In this document: positions 18,360 to 29,847 of the stretch, piece by piece
How the letters are laid out: each line of letters begins with the position of its first letter
Numbering within the stretch: position 1 is the first letter of the stretch
Source of the DNA: Candidatus Coprovivens sp.
GTDB lineage: Bacteria; Bacillota_I; Bacilli_A; RF39; UBA660
Assembly (NCBI GenBank): GCA_051892935.1
Contig: JBJFGS010000025.1
Span: 85,346 to 149,345, forward strand
Direction of reading: 5' to 3'
Length of the DNA: 64,000 nucleotides
Notes under the pieces: model-generated
The model's input: only the letters and a program-made list of their open reading frames with translations
Databases searched by the model: none
Told to the model about the DNA's origin: nothing
Translations under genes and position numbers: made by a program

Positions 18360-20189
18360 CTAGTTCTTTAATTTAACTTTATCATTCTGTATAATAGAAT
18401 TTCTAAATATAGAATTCCTTATTTTATTAATATATTGACCATATAAATCAGGATTGAATTCCTTAATAACATTTACAGCTCTATCAAACCTCAAACTATT
18501 AATGCCACTAACATTTAAATAATGAGTTTTACTTATGTAATCACCATTTATAAACTCTCTTATTATAAAAGAATGATGTTTTAACATTAATTCATCAACA
18601 TACTGACGTCTAATTAATATACTACACGCTAACTCATCATATAATTTCTTTTGAACTAATAACACATCACTTTTCAAAGAAGGATACAAAATATTTAAAG
18701 AAGCACACATATATTTAAAATCATCTAAACTAAAATTCTCTTCCTGATACATTAGTAAAGAACCATTATCAGAAATAACATTAATCATTTCCTTTATATG
18801 TATTAACCCATAAGAAGCAAAATATTGATTAAATACACCATCTAAATAGTTTTTCCATTCTTTTATAGAAATGTATTTATAACCAACCATTTTTCTAATA
18901 AATTCCAAATATGCTTTATGAATAATATCTCTATTATGAATATCTGCATATATATCTTTTTTCCATTCAAGTAAAATTAAATCAAAAGTATTCTTCTTTA
19001 CTTCATCACTATCAAAGAATATATTTCTACCAAAATACTTTTTATCCCTAGAATAAAACCACTTAACAACATCATAAAAAGTATCTTGATATTCTTCACT
19101 AACATTTAAATAAATAAAATAATTTATAGTTACAGAAATAGGTCTTTTCAACTCTTCAAGTAAATAATCATAATTACTTAATACATACTCTTTCTTTCGA
19201 TTATAATTATCAAAAGAAAGAGCAAATTCATTTACTTCTCCTTTCCATTCTTCTCCCTTTATACTTAAACTTTTAGATTTACCTAAATATTCACGAAAAC
19301 AATCAAAATTACAAAAAGAATCTCTATCATTATTTAAAATAATATATAATAATTCCCTGTTCAATAAAGAATATTTAGAATAATAAAAAGAACTAAAATT
19401 ACTGCCAACAGTACTATTATAAAACTCTATAAACTCATCTAAAGTAAAATATAAATGACTACTAGTATATTCTTTATAAGTAAGTAAAACACTCTTTCTT
19501 AAAACATCTCTATCAAAACTATTATCAATAATTAACATTATATTTTTAAATAATAAAGATAAATTTGATACATCAAATAATCTAATATTTTCATAATCCT
19601 TAATAAAGAAAGAAATATCATCGAAAGTAATACCAAGTAATCTAAAATTATTAAGTAAAAACTTAATATCATAACAGCACATAAAAGAAACAGCTTTTTT
19701 CTTTCTTAAAACATTCTCCTTCTCATTATAAATATCTAAAAAACAATTATATAAATCATATATAGTTAAACATTTATTTAAAGCACTATAAGAAATAATA
19801 TCATCATTAATAACATTTTCTATTAAAGAAGAAGAAAAAAGCTTTAAAACGCCTTTAAATACATCAATATTACTAGATTGTAATAAATAATAAATAATAA
19901 TATTTCTAACATCAAAATCTAAACAAACTTCATCCATTTCATAAAGTATCAATTCTCTACTACAAGTAAAATCAAGTAATTCAAAATCATCCATAAAATG
20001 ATCAGAATAACAAAGTAATAAATCATTAATATCATCACTAGAAAAACTATCTTTACTCAATATATTCCTAAGTAATACTACTTCATCACTCTCTCCATAT
20101 AAAAAATAAAGATTACTAAAAGCTCTTTTCTTCAACAATATAATCTTTTTAAAAACATATTCACTTAAAAAAGACTTTATATCATTCAT
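18360..20189 (-). CDS. Hypothetical helical protein, paralogue of the adjacent gene
   Basis: Shares DDINDLLLCYSDH, GITFDDI, YLLEELK.PI and YFGRN with 20270..22519. Confidence 0.75.
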   Translation of the reverse strand: MNDIKSFLSEYVFKKIILLKKRAFSNLYFLYGESDEVVLLRNILSKDSFSSDDINDLLLCYSDHFMDDFELLDFTCSRELILYEMDEVCLDFDVRNIIIYYLLQSSNIDVFKGVLKLFSSSLIENVINDDIISYSALNKCLTIYDLYNCFLDIYNEKENVLRKKKAVSFMCCYDIKFLLNNFRLLGITFDDISFFIKDYENIRLFDVSNLSLLFKNIMLIIDNSFDRDVLRKSVLLTYKEYTSSHLYFTLDEFIEFYNSTVGSNFSSFYYSKYSLLNRELLYIILNNDRDSFCNFDCFREYLGKSKSLSIKGEEWKGEVNEFALSFDNYNRKKEYVLSNYDYLLEELKRPISVTINYFIYLNVSEEYQDTFYDVVKWFYSRDKKYFGRNIFFDSDEVKKNTFDLILLEWKKDIYADIHNRDIIHKAYLEFIRKMVGYKYISIKEWKNYLDGVFNQYFASYGLIHIKEMINVISDNGSLLMYQEENFSLDDFKYMCASLNILYPSLKSDVLLVQKKLYDELACSILIRRQYVDELMLKHHSFIIREFINGDYISKTHYLNVSGINSLRFDRAVNVIKEFNPDLYGQYINKIRNSIFRNSIIQNDKVKLKN

Positions 20190-20269
20190 ATATCTCCTCC
20201 TAAAGTCAAATTAATATAACAAAAAAGTATATTAAAGTAAATAAAAAGAATTAGAAAAATCTAATTCTT

Positions 20270-22519
20270 TTACTTTTTACCAACATGTTTAACACCATCT
20301 AATTCATCTAAATATTCTTTAGTAATCTCTCCCTTTAAAACTTTATTCAAAGCTCCTTTATACAAAGAATAATAATTAGATAATCCTTTAATCCTTAAAA
20401 ACCTTAAAGCAAGCTCTTTTTCTTCAAGACTAACTTCATGCATAATATCATCAATTTTAATAATAAGTCTTTCATTAAATATCTCTTGATTAGTAACTAG
20501 TCTACTAGATTTAACCATTTTTTCAAAACTTCTAAATTGTCTAATATTAATACTATTCAACTTTTTAGAATTAACTACTAAAACAGTAAATTTATCAAAA
20601 GGCAAATTAGTTAACAAACAATAATCTAAAAAAGTAAAAGGTCTAACTATACCATTATCATTTACACCTTCAACTAAAGCTTTTAAAACATAATCAACCA
20701 TTTTCATAAGTACAGCATATCTTTGAGATTTTAACATATCAAACTTATTAATAAACTGAATGTATAAATTATAATCATTCTCCATAACATTATTCAAAAT
20801 CTTATCAAATTGAGTTTCACTAAGTCCTTCTTCTTCCAAAAAAGCTTCTTTACTTTTGTAATCCTTATTTAAAAATCTTTCTAAAAGGATAGAACACTTT
20901 CTTGCTTCTTCCATTTTTTTATCAAGGTTTCTCAAATCTAAAACTCTATTCTTATCATTTGTATATACATCATATAAAATAACTAATTTATTTTCCAATT
21001 CAGGATGTTTACTCTTAAACGCATCAAAACAAAGATCGAAATCATCAACTAAACCAATTTCTTCAGCTTTTAAATATATATTATCCACTTGATTGACTAA
21101 TGACAAAAGTATCATCATTCTATCATAACCAATTCTATAATAGTAATCCTTTTCCAATAGTTTCATTTGATTATTCCAAGAACTTTTAGAAATATATCTT
21201 TTACCTAAAAATTTACATACAATATCATAGTATTCTTTATATATAGCATTACGATTAACAAAATCTAAAGTAATCTTTTCTCTACAATTATCCAAAATAT
21301 CTTTATAAGTATTTTGTTGTTCTTCGACACTAGATTTTAAAACATTTCTTCCGAAGTATTCATAATCATTCTCACAAATCCAAGAAACTATTTCTTTAAA
21401 AAAAACAATATCTTCAACATTAACATTTAATAAAACAAAATAATCAAAAGTAAATCTAATAGGTTTCTTTAATTCTTCTAATAAATATGAATATTCTTTT
21501 AGAACTCTTTCTTTATTATGATAGTTTTTAACATCTAATTTACACCAATAATCGATAAATGATTTATACCTATTAGTATCGCTTAAAAAAGAACTATGTT
21601 TACTAAAAATATCGTATATACCAGAAGAGCCTTGAACCATAAATCTAAAACTAATGCTTTTCATTATTGTATAAAACAAATCTACTGACAATAAAACAGG
21701 ACCATCACTATTTATATAAAAAGAACTAAAATCATCTTTAAAAGTATCATTATAATAAGAAATAAAATCTTCATCTAAGAAATTAATATGTAATTTAGAA
21801 TACTTATCGTATTCACTAATTACTTTATTATATAATTTTTCATCACCCAAAGTTCTATGTTTAATACTAAATTGATTATTAAGTATTCTCCGACATTCTT
21901 TTTCATTTAATGATATATTCTTTTGATCAGCCAAAGAAAAAAAGTCATCAATATCATCAAAAGTAATACCTATTTTTTTAAATTTATCTGAAAAGAAAGA
22001 GTAATCAATTAATCCCATTAAAGCAATAACTTTCATCTTTTTTTCTTCTATATTAGAAATATTACATATATCATTAACTAAAATATATAAGTCATATAAA
22101 GACTCACCAATATGCAAATCAACAACACTCTCAATAGAATCACTTCTTTTAAAGAAACAATCATAAGGAATACATTGTAAAACCCTTAAATTAAAGTCAA
22201 AATCCTTTATACTTAATAAATAATATAAAATTAAATTAGTAATATTAAAAGTAGTCCCAAATTGTTCAAAATCATAGTATAATTCCTTATTATTTAATAC
22301 TAATTCCAATATTTCTTCATTACTTAATAAATGATCAGAATAACAAAGTAATAAATCATTAATATCATCTAATGAATAAACACTCTTACCTATTATATCT
22401 TTATAAGTATTATAATCCTCATTACTATCAAAATAATAATATTTTTTCAAATCTTTCTGAGTAGCAATTTTAGCACAAAAAGAAATACGCAAACGTTGTA
22501 TGATTTCTTCAAAATCCAT
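20270..22519 (-). CDS. Hypothetical helical protein, paralogue of 18360..20189 with a C-terminal extension
   Basis: Same shared blocks; start refined to ATG 22519 after AGGTGA. Confidence 0.75.
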   Translation of the reverse strand: MDFEEIIQRLRISFCAKIATQKDLKKYYYFDSNEDYNTYKDIIGKSVYSLDDINDLLLCYSDHLLSNEEILELVLNNKELYYDFEQFGTTFNITNLILYYLLSIKDFDFNLRVLQCIPYDCFFKRSDSIESVVDLHIGESLYDLYILVNDICNISNIEEKKMKVIALMGLIDYSFFSDKFKKIGITFDDIDDFFSLADQKNISLNEKECRRILNNQFSIKHRTLGDEKLYNKVISEYDKYSKLHINFLDEDFISYYNDTFKDDFSSFYINSDGPVLLSVDLFYTIMKSISFRFMVQGSSGIYDIFSKHSSFLSDTNRYKSFIDYWCKLDVKNYHNKERVLKEYSYLLEELKKPIRFTFDYFVLLNVNVEDIVFFKEIVSWICENDYEYFGRNVLKSSVEEQQNTYKDILDNCREKITLDFVNRNAIYKEYYDIVCKFLGKRYISKSSWNNQMKLLEKDYYYRIGYDRMMILLSLVNQVDNIYLKAEEIGLVDDFDLCFDAFKSKHPELENKLVILYDVYTNDKNRVLDLRNLDKKMEEARKCSILLERFLNKDYKSKEAFLEEEGLSETQFDKILNNVMENDYNLYIQFINKFDMLKSQRYAVLMKMVDYVLKALVEGVNDNGIVRPFTFLDYCLLTNLPFDKFTVLVVNSKKLNSINIRQFRSFEKMVKSSRLVTNQEIFNERLIIKIDDIMHEVSLEEKELALRFLRIKGLSNYYSLYKGALNKVLKGEITKEYLDELDGVKHVGKK

Positions 22520-22592
22520 AAAATCATCACCTATCATTGTATAAATGATAACATAACAAAACATTCCGTGCAAATTAAAAAAGATTTATATT

Positions 22593-23396
22593 TTAAATCT
22601 TTTTTAAATTTTTACTATTAATAAAATTTAAATGTTTCAAATAATGAAATTTACTTCTATAGATAATGCCAGTATCAGAATCCTTAATAGCACCAAAATC
22701 ATCAATATATTCATCATCACTCTTAGTTACTAAAGTAGGATCAAAAACTTTTATTTTTTCTTCTTGAATATCTAATCCCCAATTTTCAAAAGTTATATTA
22801 GCAAGTTGTTGTTCCAAAGGAACATAATTAGGATTATCAACTATTTTATAGCACCCATTACTCATATAAATAGATTCCATATCAACAATAGCATATTTAC
22901 TTGGAACATCTTGCATAACAAATCTATCTGCTATACTAATAAGTTCACTTTGTGCAGAGAGCCCCTTACCTTTTACAGATATATTAATACATCCTTCATG
23001 ATAATGATAACAAGAATACTCTCTTTTAATTTGTTCAAGTATTTCTTTATTTTCATCAGATAAGCAATCAATCTCTAATTCAATCCAAGCATCCTTATCT
23101 ATACTATCACTACACATAAAAGTATAAATATTCTTACTCCATAATATTTGGCAAGCTGGAACACATTCTTCAATTATCCATCTACGAGGTTCTACCTCTA
23201 CCATTTCTTGTGAAACTCGTGGAGCACCTTCATATTGTTTATTATTAGCAAGCTTTTTCCCACTAATAACAGCTGCTGTATCATTTAATTTAGAAGATAA
23301 CCTTCTATACAATATAGAAACCTTTAACTTAGCTTTATCAAGTATAGTTGCTTTTCTCCCTAATCTTTCATCTAATAACATTTCATCTAAATTCAT
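22593..23396 (-). CDS. Hypothetical protein
   Basis: 267-aa ORF with RBS and extended -10; block ECVPACQILWSKNIYTFMCSD. Confidence 0.7.
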   Translation of the reverse strand: MNLDEMLLDERLGRKATILDKAKLKVSILYRRLSSKLNDTAAVISGKKLANNKQYEGAPRVSQEMVEVEPRRWIIEECVPACQILWSKNIYTFMCSDSIDKDAWIELEIDCLSDENKEILEQIKREYSCYHYHEGCINISVKGKGLSAQSELISIADRFVMQDVPSKYAIVDMESIYMSNGCYKIVDNPNYVPLEQQLANITFENWGLDIQEEKIKVFDPTLVTKSDDEYIDDFGAIKDSDTGIIYRSKFHYLKHLNFINSKNLKKI

Positions 23397-23464
23397 TTCA
23401 AAATCCCCTTACATCTATAATTATAACCCCAAAATAAAAAAACAGGCAAATTTACATCCTGTTT

Positions 23465-24916
23465 TCATCTTTTATTTAATTCATCAGTTATTATTTCTTT
23501 CGTCATAACTGGATTAGCTTTACCTCTCGTATTTTTCATAACTTGACCAACAAAGTAATCAAATAAATTTGTCTTACCAGCTTTATACTGTTCGATTTGC
23601 GTACTACTATTATCCATTATTTCACAAATAATACGAGTAAGTTCATCTTTATCACTAATTTGCGCATTCTCTTTACTAATAAAGTTTTTAGGTTCTTTAT
23701 TATTTTCAATAGCTTTAAAGAAAACTTCTTTAGCTTGCTTACTAGATAAAATACCAGTTGCTAAAGCATCTGTAATTTGTTTTAACATTGAAGGAGTAAT
23801 ATAAAACTCCGAAATACTTTTATCTTCTTTATTTAATTCACCAACTATATTAACAGTAACCCAGTTAGAAGCGACTTTAGCATCAATTCCTAATTCAACA
23901 CATTCTTCATAATAATCAGAAATTGCTTTTTCTTTAACCAATACACCTGCATCATAAGAAGATAATCCAAATTTATCAATATATTTTTTCTTTCTATCCA
24001 TAGCAAGTTCAGGTATAGAATTTCTAATTTCTTCTAACCATTCTTTACTAATCTTGTATTTAGGAATATTAGGTTCAACAAAATATTTATAATCAATTGC
24101 ATCTGCTTTACTTCTCATATGAATAGTAGACTGACTCTCCTCATCCCAACGTCTAGTTTCTTGTTCAATAACACCGCCATTTTCTAGTAATTCAGTTTGT
24201 CTTTCTATTTCATAATTAATTGAATCTCTAACACCACCAAAAGAGTTTACGTTCTTAATTTCAACTTTAGTTCCCCAATTATTAGGATCAGACTCATCTA
24301 AAGATGCATCCATTAACGAAACGTTAACATCACACCTAATTTGACCTTTCTTAGTATCAGCCTCAGATACACCAGCATATTGATAAACACTTCTCATATG
24401 CTCTAAAAACGCAACAGCTTCACTTGCACTATGAAAATCAGGTTCAGTAACTAATTCCATCAAAGGAACACCTGCTCTATTATAATCAATATTACTAGTT
24501 GAATAAAAATGATCTAAAGAAGCAGCATCTTCTTCTAAATGGAAATTATTAACTCTTACCTTTTTTATTTCATCACCACATTCAAATTCAACCTCACCAT
24601 AAATACCAGCAGGAATTGGTTTAGTTTCTTGAGTAATTTGAAAACCCTTTGGTAAATCAGGATAATAATAATTTTTTCTTTCAAAATAGAAAAACTCAGG
24701 TTGACTACATTTCAAAATCATACTAATCATTAAAGCTTTTTTTACAGCTTCTTTATTTACAACAGGTAATATACCAGGAAAAGCCATATCTACAGCAGAT
24801 ATATTACAGTTAGGAGTAGACTCATACGAGTTACGAGAACTACTAAATACTTTAGAATTAGTTTCACTCATCTCACAATGCATTTCTAATCCTATTTTAG
24901 CTAAATACTTAGTCAT
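23465..24916 (-). CDS. gatB: Asp/Glu-tRNA amidotransferase subunit B
   Basis: IGLEMHCE, RKNYYYPDLPKGFQITQ, DYNRAGVPLMELVTEP, RCDVNVS. Confidence 0.97.
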   Translation of the reverse strand: MTKYLAKIGLEMHCEMSETNSKVFSSSRNSYESTPNCNISAVDMAFPGILPVVNKEAVKKALMISMILKCSQPEFFYFERKNYYYPDLPKGFQITQETKPIPAGIYGEVEFECGDEIKKVRVNNFHLEEDAASLDHFYSTSNIDYNRAGVPLMELVTEPDFHSASEAVAFLEHMRSVYQYAGVSEADTKKGQIRCDVNVSLMDASLDESDPNNWGTKVEIKNVNSFGGVRDSINYEIERQTELLENGGVIEQETRRWDEESQSTIHMRSKADAIDYKYFVEPNIPKYKISKEWLEEIRNSIPELAMDRKKKYIDKFGLSSYDAGVLVKEKAISDYYEECVELGIDAKVASNWVTVNIVGELNKEDKSISEFYITPSMLKQITDALATGILSSKQAKEVFFKAIENNKEPKNFISKENAQISDKDELTRIICEIMDNSSTQIEQYKAGKTNLFDYFVGQVMKNTRGKANPVMTKEIITDELNKR

Positions 24917-26382
24917 TATTTTACCTCCTTAACTACTTGGCCTTTATAATCCATTGCACTTTCAAGTGCATAAGCAATATTCAAAACTTTTTCATCTTCA
25001 TAACAATTACCAGTTATATTAATACCTACAGGTAAGTTAGAAACAAAACCATTAGGTATAGTTATAGAAGGAAAACCGCCAAAATTACCTACCTGTAAAT
25101 GTTCATCTAAAGACATTGTATTTATATCTTGTTTTAAATCTAATTCAGTAAACTTCTTAGCAGGTCCTACACCAACAGGACATAAAACTGCATCATATTT
25201 CTTATATAAATTTTTCCAAGTATCAACAATCATTCTTCGAGCTCTTTGAGCATTTTTAAAGTATCTTTCTTGGTTTTCTTTTTGTAATACATAAGAACCA
25301 ATTACAAATCTTCTTTTTATTAATGGCGAAAAACCTTTAGTTCTATGATCTTTAATCATATCAATGTAATTATCTCCTTCACCTCTAGGTCCAAAGATAA
25401 TACCTGTTAAGTTACTCATATTACTAGTAGCTTCAGCACTATGAATAACTCTATATACACTAAAAACTGCGTTAAGTAGTTTTCTATCTACCGAAACTTC
25501 ATCTACTTCCATACCAATATTTCTCGCAAGTTCAATAGTTTTCTTAAAATTTTCTAAATGTTCTTTAAGTTCATGTGAAGCATTAGGATAGTTTTCTATA
25601 TCACATATTTCTTTTACATAACATAACTTCATACCTTTAACATCACCAGTACAAGATCCAAGTAAATCCATCTTACTAGAATCCCAAGAAGTCATATCAT
25701 TAGGATCAATTCCTTTCATAGTATTAACTACTATTGCAGCATCTCTAACAGAACGAGTTAAAACACCACAATGATCTAAACTAGAAGCAAAAGGAAATAA
25801 CCCATATCTTGAAATCATTCCGTATGTAGGTTTATATCCAACAATACCACAATAAGCAGCTGGTTTACGAATAGAATCTCCAGTATCAGAACCTAATGCA
25901 TAAGGATATACTCCAGCTGCAACAGCAGCAGCTGATCCAGAAGAAGATCCAGCACAAATACGAGTTCTATCCCAAGGATTTAATTGAACACCAGTATGAC
26001 CAGTAGTACCAGTTCCACCCATACCAAATTCATCCATTGCTGTTTTATTTACTTTAATAGCTCCCGCTTTATTTAAATTAACAATAGCAGTAGCATCAAA
26101 AAAAGGTACATAATCTTTTAAAGTATTAGAACTTCCTGTTGAAAGAATACCCTTAGTAGAATAATTATCTTTAACACCATAAGGAATTCCAGATAGTAAA
26201 TTATCAGTTACTTCACATCCTTTAGCATCATCCAAAATAGTAACGAAAGCATTACATTTATCTTGAATTTCATGACTACGTTCTAAAGATTCTTTAACTA
26301 ACTCATCACTAGTTACATCACCTTTAACTAACATTTCATGTAATTCTTCAATTGATTTATCCATATATTTCATCATCTTCAC
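24916..26382 (-). CDS. gatA: Amidotransferase subunit A
   Basis: Amidase signature GSSSGSAAAVA, GSDTGDSIRKPA. Likely start 26373. Confidence 0.96.
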   Translation of the reverse strand: MKMMKYMDKSIEELHEMLVKGDVTSDELVKESLERSHEIQDKCNAFVTILDDAKGCEVTDNLLSGIPYGVKDNYSTKGILSTGSSNTLKDYVPFFDATAIVNLNKAGAIKVNKTAMDEFGMGGTGTTGHTGVQLNPWDRTRICAGSSSGSAAAVAAGVYPYALGSDTGDSIRKPAAYCGIVGYKPTYGMISRYGLFPFASSLDHCGVLTRSVRDAAIVVNTMKGIDPNDMTSWDSSKMDLLGSCTGDVKGMKLCYVKEICDIENYPNASHELKEHLENFKKTIELARNIGMEVDEVSVDRKLLNAVFSVYRVIHSAEATSNMSNLTGIIFGPRGEGDNYIDMIKDHRTKGFSPLIKRRFVIGSYVLQKENQERYFKNAQRARRMIVDTWKNLYKKYDAVLCPVGVGPAKKFTELDLKQDINTMSLDEHLQVGNFGGFPSITIPNGFVSNLPVGINITGNCYEDEKVLNIAYALESAMDYKGQVVKEVK

Positions 26383-26384
26383 CT

Positions 26385-26684
26385 CTATCCTACTACCTTA
26401 GGTACAACTATTTCTCTATCTTCAGTATCATCACTATTAGCAAGCAAATCTTCAATTGGTACAGAATCAACTGCAACATCTTCTCTTAATTCATAAACGA
26501 AATCATCTAAACAATGTGTCATAGGTTCGGCATCCTTAATACCATCTATTTCATTAATTAAATCAATATTAGCATCAATAGCTTCAAATTCATCTAATAC
26601 CATAGCATTTTCTTCTGAACTAAGACCAATCAAAAGTTTATCTGCTAAGTCATCAACTAATTCTTTTGTAAATACTTTACTCAT
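26385..26684 (-). CDS. gatC: Amidotransferase subunit C
   Basis: 99 aa with EPM..LRED..VPKV; upstream of gatA. Confidence 0.92.
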   Translation of the reverse strand: MSKVFTKELVDDLADKLLIGLSSEENAMVLDEFEAIDANIDLINEIDGIKDAEPMTHCLDDFVYELREDVAVDSVPIEDLLANSDDTEDREIVVPKVVG

Positions 26685-28440
26685 CTTTTTTCACCTCTAT
26701 TTTAATTCCTAACTCTTTAAGTTGTTCCCTAGTTAATTCGCTTGGACTTCCCATCATTTGATCAGCTCCAGAAGCACTAGGTGGAAACGCTTGAACTTCT
26801 CTTAAATTAGGTTCATCTTTAATTAACATAAGTATTCTATCAATTCCAGGAGCCATTCCTCCATGTGGAGGGCATCCATACTTAAACGCTGTAAATATAG
26901 ATTTAAATCTTGTTTCAATTTCATCCCTAGTATAGCCAACTACTTCAAAACCTTTAGCTAAACTTTCTAAATCATGATTTCTAATAGCTCCAGAAGCCAT
27001 CTCATTACCATTACAAACAAAATCATATTGATAAGCTAAAATGTCACCAACATCTTCATATTTATCATAATCAGATATTCCACCATGAGGTAAACTAAAT
27101 GGATTATGACAGAATTCATATTTTTTCTTTTCATCATCCCATTCAAACATTGGGAAATCATTTACAATACATAATTCTAATTTATTAGTATCAATTAATT
27201 CTAATTTTCTACCTAATTCAGTTCTAATTAAACCAGCAAATTTTTGTGCTTGTTTAACTCTCTTATTAGCAATAAAAAACATTACAGAATTAGTTTTCAT
27301 ATTAAACTTTTTAATTAAATTATCTCTTTCTTCATTACTTAAGAATTTATCAATAGGTCCTTTAAATGTTCCATCTTCCATTAAAGTAAGATATCCAATA
27401 CCAGGCATACCAATAGATGATGCAAAATCAACAACTTCATTAAACCAAGAATTTGGTTTATCTCCAATATCATCTACTACAATAACTTTTATAGTACTTT
27501 TCTTAAAAGGGCCAAAAGTAATATCTTTAAGTACTTCAGTAGCATCTTTTATAATAAGTGGATTTCTTAAATCAGGTTTATCTGTTCCATACATATCCAT
27601 CGCATCTTTATAAGCAATCCTCCTAAAAGGTTTAGGACTTACCTTTTTATTAGTAAAAGTAGTAAATACATCATAAAAAATATCTTCTCCAACTTCTAAA
27701 ACTTCATCTTCAGTAACAAAAGACATTTCTAAATCTAATTGATAAAATTCTAAAGTTCTATCAGCTCTTGCATCTTCATCTCTAAAACAAGGAGCAATTT
27801 GAAAATACTTTTCAACACCACCAACCATTAATAACTCTTTATATATTTGAGGAGCTTGTGGCAAAGCATAAAACTTTCCTTTAAAGTTTCTTGAAGGAAC
27901 AACAAAATCTCTTGCTCCTTCAGGACTAGAAGCTGTAAGAATAGGTGTTTGAACTTCCATAAAACCATTATCATACATTTTATTTCTTAAAAAATGTAAA
28001 ACATCACTTCTTAGCTTAAAATTATCTTTAACTTTATTATTTCTCATATCAAGATATCTATATTTTAACCTTATATCTTCGCTAGCTTCTTTAGAAGAAA
28101 CAATTTGAAAAGGAAGTTCATGTAATGAAGATCCCAACACTTCCAAAGTATCTACTAACAACTCAACTTCACCAGTTTTTAGATTATTATTTATAGTATC
28201 CTCGCTTCTCTTTCTAATAATCCCAGACAATTTAACTACTGATTCTTTAGCAAGACCAACAAATAATGAATCATCATTTGATACCGCTTGTAGTTTTTCA
28301 GTATTATCTCTTAAATCTAAAAACAATACTCCACCATGATCTCTTATATTTTCAATCCATCCACTAACTACTACAGTTTTTCCTACTAATGTAGAATCTA
28401 TATCACAACAATGATGTGTTCTAAAAATATTTTGCTTCAT
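26677..28440 (-). CDS. aspS: Aspartyl-tRNA synthetase (probably non-discriminating)
   Basis: RDHGG, PEGARDF, ALPQAPQ, CFRDED, PPHGGMAPGIDR. Confidence 0.96.
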   Translation of the reverse strand: MKQNIFRTHHCCDIDSTLVGKTVVVSGWIENIRDHGGVLFLDLRDNTEKLQAVSNDDSLFVGLAKESVVKLSGIIRKRSEDTINNNLKTGEVELLVDTLEVLGSSLHELPFQIVSSKEASEDIRLKYRYLDMRNNKVKDNFKLRSDVLHFLRNKMYDNGFMEVQTPILTASSPEGARDFVVPSRNFKGKFYALPQAPQIYKELLMVGGVEKYFQIAPCFRDEDARADRTLEFYQLDLEMSFVTEDEVLEVGEDIFYDVFTTFTNKKVSPKPFRRIAYKDAMDMYGTDKPDLRNPLIIKDATEVLKDITFGPFKKSTIKVIVVDDIGDKPNSWFNEVVDFASSIGMPGIGYLTLMEDGTFKGPIDKFLSNEERDNLIKKFNMKTNSVMFFIANKRVKQAQKFAGLIRTELGRKLELIDTNKLELCIVNDFPMFEWDDEKKKYEFCHNPFSLPHGGISDYDKYEDVGDILAYQYDFVCNGNEMASGAIRNHDLESLAKGFEVVGYTRDEIETRFKSIFTAFKYGCPPHGGMAPGIDRILMLIKDEPNLREVQAFPPSASGADQMMGSPSELTREQLKELGIKIEVKKDE

Positions 28441-28477
28441 ATCAATCTACTTCCTTTCTTTCTTATTTTTATTTATA

Positions 28478-29845
28478 TTAATATTCGCAATTTCCTGGAG
28501 TTCTTGGATAAGGAATAACATCTCTTATATTTTCAACACCAGTTAGATATATAAGTAATCTTTCAAATCCCATTCCAAACCCAGAATGAATACATCCTCC
28601 AAATTTTCTTAAATTTAGGTACCAATCCATACCATCAGTTGCCATACCTAATTCATTCATTCTATTAACTAATTTATCATAATTTTCTTCTCTTTGTGAA
28701 CCGCCCATTAATTCACCAGCACCAGGTACTTCTAAATCAACAGCAGCTACTGTTTTACCATCATCATTTTGTTTCATATAGAATGCCTTAATATCTTTAG
28801 GCCAATTTTTTATAAATACCGGTCCATTAAAATACTCAGTAATATATTTTTCGTGTTCCTTAGCAATATCTTCCCCATATTCAGGTTCAAATTCCCATTT
28901 AACATCAGCTTCTTTAAGAATCTTAATTACTTCATCATGATCAATTCTTACAAATGAACTATTTACTAAATTAGTTAATTTTTCTTTCAATCCCTTTTCA
29001 ACAAATTGATCAAAGAAATCTATTTCCAAGGAAGCATTATCAAGTACATATTGAACAACATACTTAAGCATATCCTCCATAACATCCATATCACCATTTA
29101 AATCAGTAAATGCCATTTCAGGCTCAATCATCCAAAATTCATTTGCATGCGTTTTAGTATTAGAATTTTCAGCTCTAAAAGTCGGACCAAATGTATAAGT
29201 CTTTTTATAAGCTAAAGCAAATGTTTCAGCTTCAAGTTGACCACTAACAGTTAAATTAGCCATCTTACCAAAGAAATCCTTTGAATAATCAGGTTTACCA
29301 TTAACTCTTTCTAAATCCAAAGTAGTAACTTGAAACATTTCTCCTGCTCCTTCACAATCACTAGCAGTAATAAGAGGTGCATGAAAATACACATAATTTC
29401 TTTCTTGAAAATATTTATGTATAGCATAAGCAGCAATACTTCTAACTCTAAATACTGCTTGAAAAAGATTAGTTCTAGGTCTTAAATAAGCTTGTTCTCT
29501 TAAAAATTCTCTAGTATGTCTCTTAGGTTGAATAGGATAATCAGCAGGACAATCTCCTAACAAAGTTACAACACTAGCTTTTAATTCAACATCTTGATTA
29601 CCAGAACTTTCAACTAATATCCCTTTAACTTCAATAGCACAACCTACTAACATTTTTTGTATATCTAAAAAATTATCAAGTCCATTATCATAAACAACTT
29701 GTAAATGTTGTTGTGTAGTACCATCACTAAAATCAATAAAACCAAATTCCTTTTGCTTACGATGATTTCTTATCCATCCCTGAATAATAACTTCATCTCC
29801 AATATGAGCATTATTAAATAAATCTTTTAAATCCATAATATTCAT
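28478..29845 (-). CDS. asnS: Asparaginyl-tRNA synthetase
   Basis: DCEGAGEMF, LTVSGQL, GPTFRAENS, EFWMIEPE, GFGMGFER. Confidence 0.97.
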   Translation of the reverse strand: MNIMDLKDLFNNAHIGDEVIIQGWIRNHRKQKEFGFIDFSDGTTQQHLQVVYDNGLDNFLDIQKMLVGCAIEVKGILVESSGNQDVELKASVVTLLGDCPADYPIQPKRHTREFLREQAYLRPRTNLFQAVFRVRSIAAYAIHKYFQERNYVYFHAPLITASDCEGAGEMFQVTTLDLERVNGKPDYSKDFFGKMANLTVSGQLEAETFALAYKKTYTFGPTFRAENSNTKTHANEFWMIEPEMAFTDLNGDMDVMEDMLKYVVQYVLDNASLEIDFFDQFVEKGLKEKLTNLVNSSFVRIDHDEVIKILKEADVKWEFEPEYGEDIAKEHEKYITEYFNGPVFIKNWPKDIKAFYMKQNDDGKTVAAVDLEVPGAGELMGGSQREENYDKLVNRMNELGMATDGMDWYLNLRKFGGCIHSGFGMGFERLLIYLTGVENIRDVIPYPRTPGNCEY

Positions 29846-29847
29846 CC

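Noticed and set aside
16274-22519. Known HerA defence systems (SIR2-HerA/Nezha, HerA-DUF4297)
   Set aside because: The neighbouring proteins show no sirtuin or PD-(D/E)xK motifs that I can recognise.
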